Origin: Octopus sinensis
Lineage: Eukaryota
NCBI RefSeq assembly: GCF_006345805.1
Contig: NW_021833757.1
Location: forward strand, 1-64,000
Length of the DNA stretch: 64,000 nucleotides
Direction of reading: 5' to 3'
Each line of letters begins with the position of its first letter. The first letter of the stretch is position 1. Made by a program: the position numbers and the translations under genes. The notes under the pieces were generated by a model, which saw nothing but the letters and a program-made list of their open reading frames with translations, had not been told where the DNA came from and did not search any database. Below are positions 61,831 to 64,000 of this stretch, in pieces.

Positions 61831-62959
61831 AAGATGAATTAGCAATCGTAATTAAAGTCTTTAAAATTTAAAACACTCTCTGGAAACATGAGAGTTGGAA
61901 TGCTATTAGTTATTCTTGTCTTTACTTTGGCTAGTAATTTTAAATTAATTTGTTATTTTCACCATTTAGGGCAATGTATGGTTCTTCCAATGTTTCAAGA
62001 TTAACATTGGAATAAATTCTATACAATTATGCTTCAAAAAGTTGTTTACAAAAACTTATAGTTACCAGAGAATTTTGGCAAAACTCCAAATCAAACAGTT
62101 AGCTTATTTAACTATCCAATATGCCAAACATTCTTCCGAAATCTAAAAGTAATCATTGATTGCACGGGGGAAAGAGTTCGTTACTTTCAAGAATGACAAA
62201 ATAAAACAGTTTGTCACATTTAAACGGTTCATTAATCATATGAATTATTGCAAGAATATTTAAATTAATATAAATGTATATAGAGAAGTCAATAATTTAT
62301 GAACCGTTGTAATGAGAGAGGAACGTCTAAAAAAGCGATTCATTGTTAATTATGTTTATAAGGTCATAAAATACCTTTAAAGAAAATTTCTAAAAAATGC
62401 TTTAAAGAACCAATAAAAATAAAAAGAATGAAAATAACAAATAAAAAAACAAATTATAAAGAATAAATAAATGTGAAAAATCAAATTTAGGTGAAAGTAT
62501 TTATAAATTATACTTTTTTATGATACAATAAATAAAAGTACACAAGAACAGCAATAAAATATGAAACATGTGTCCATGTTGGCTTAATTTATATATTAAA
62601 AGAGAAATCGGTTAATTGCATAACATTTGTCCACGGAAAATCTTATGCAATTATCTGATATTGAAAAAAATCACCAATTATTAACCATAGCAGTTTCAGC
62701 CTTAAAATTATTTATTAAAAATAGTCCAACAGCAGATTTTTATAATGTCAATTTTGGATTGACAATCGAGAGAGTCATTTCTCGGAGAGCCGAATCTCAA
62801 CATATATTTGTGATAGATAATGTATCTTTGACTACTGCATGTAACACCAATAAGAGATAAGAAGTAGAACAAGGAAATATTAGAACAAATAATTAGATTA
62901 GTTAATAACTGATATTCTAATTTTTGATTGAACACGATCCTTTCTGCATATCATATTTA

Positions 62960-63750
62960 TTGGTGTGGGATGGTAGCAGAGGTTGCAATCTATTGTGAGT
63001 AAACTAATCCACCATCTGCAGGTTCCGATATTAGTACTCCCTGGTAATTTATATCTGGTTCTATATTCACACTTTTGTTAGTTAAAGTGGTCAGCGTAAT
63101 TTTTTTGATAGCTGCACTCGTAATCCTTACAGATGAATATCCAAGTATACATTACGGGTTGCGCCCCATTCGTGAATATGCACATTTTCTGGTTATCAAT
63201 AATACTACAGACTCAGTAATTTAAAATACTAAAGCTTGAGGGGACGACCGATTTTTGGCGACTGGAAAATGAAATTTGATGGCATGTAACTTTAATGTTA
63301 GAACAAGATTTGTACAGATAATCTATACTGTCTAGACGTGCAAAGGCATCTACATTCACGTAACTAAGTTTACTACAGTGATACAGTGCTCTAATGATTT
63401 AAAATATTTGAATGTACATATAGTATAGGTGAATCAAACCATCAAATGAGTTGTTTAGTATTCTCTTTAGCGAATCTCCATTACATTGACTAGTGTAGGT
63501 AAAATGTTGATTACAATGTCTCCAAGTTTGTTAAATTCGAGAATATTTCTCCATTTGGAAATGTAACGTTTCTCTTAATTGTAATTGATCCTCTATGTTC
63601 CCCAGCATGTTCTCCATTAAACGCACAGTTGTTCAAATCCCTAATGTGAAATAAGCAATTCTTAAAAAACCAAAGTCTTAGGTCACAGTCACTGTTGATC
63701 ACAAAGTCAGCAAAAAGTAGGACAAGTGGCACCATGTAATTAAAGGTCAT
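62960..63750 (-). CDS. Secreted or membrane LRR protein resembling a glycoprotein-hormone-receptor (LGR) ectodomain; 3' part unresolved or decayed
   Basis: Signal-peptide-like start. Four phase-2 introns (63490-63514, 63391-63417, 63290-63315, 63205-63229) bound exons of 72, 75 and 60 nt. Spliced frame: FSNLTNLETF|QCNGDSLKRILNNSFDGLIHLYYI|ALYHCSKLSYVNVDAFARLDSIDYL|YMPSN...LKLY|IIDNQKM. Confidence 0.8.
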
Positions 63751-64000
63751 ATTTTATTGCGAATAACTCATTGGTTAGACATTTAATTAATATATTTATT
63801 AAACTGTTTTTGTTAATATATTAAAATTTCAAATCAGGAAACCTAAAAAAACTAATAAAAGGACTTTAAATTTCTTGCAACTAATAAGTTTGAGTGATTA
63901 CGGCATGGAGAACTCATACTGCGGTAAGAAATATCAAGTCGCTTGAACAGCTCGAAGTAAGAAGATACAGAAATATGCCCAGCGACAATTGGGAATTATC

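Noticed and set aside
54310-64000. Search for the partner Merlin TIR or a TSD marking the outer end of arm 2
   Set aside because: No convincing AATTTTTTAAATTTTCC or tattagatc match found by eye.
1-64000. CRISPR arrays, rRNA, tRNA, bacterial operons, LTR pairs, Helitron ends
   Set aside because: None seen. The integrases lack linked RT, RNase H and LTRs, so they were not called LTR retrotransposons.

Overview
AT-rich eukaryotic (metazoan) DNA that is mostly transposon and gene-fragment debris. I found no prokaryotic features, rRNA, tRNA or CRISPR arrays. Host genes carry very small GT-AG introns of 22-30 nt, several at ancestral animal positions. This is known for dicyemid mesozoans, so a dicyemid-like host is inferred. 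The dominant structure is an inverted duplication: 1-13394 versus 39655-54309 around a 26-kb spacer. The outer match runs to the window edge, and the inner breakpoints fall at the 5' end of a Merlin (ISXO2-like) transposon. Each arm holds an intact KLF zinc-finger gene and a decayed IMPDH. Each arm also has a private insertion: a Tc1 in arm 1 and a CRE-like retrotransposon in arm 2. Other content includes CRE-like elements with an N-terminal PHD finger, R4/Dong-like elements with clean target-site duplications (TSDs), Jockey/CR1-group and RTE LINE pieces, hAT and Ginger-like integrase elements, fragments of ARP6, atlastin, proteasome beta and MEX3, and an LRR receptor-like gene. The most unusual observation is that the Merlin, hAT and Ginger-like transposases each contain host-sized 24-28 nt introns, some at positions not shared with related copies. 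All alignments were done by eye; identities are estimates.
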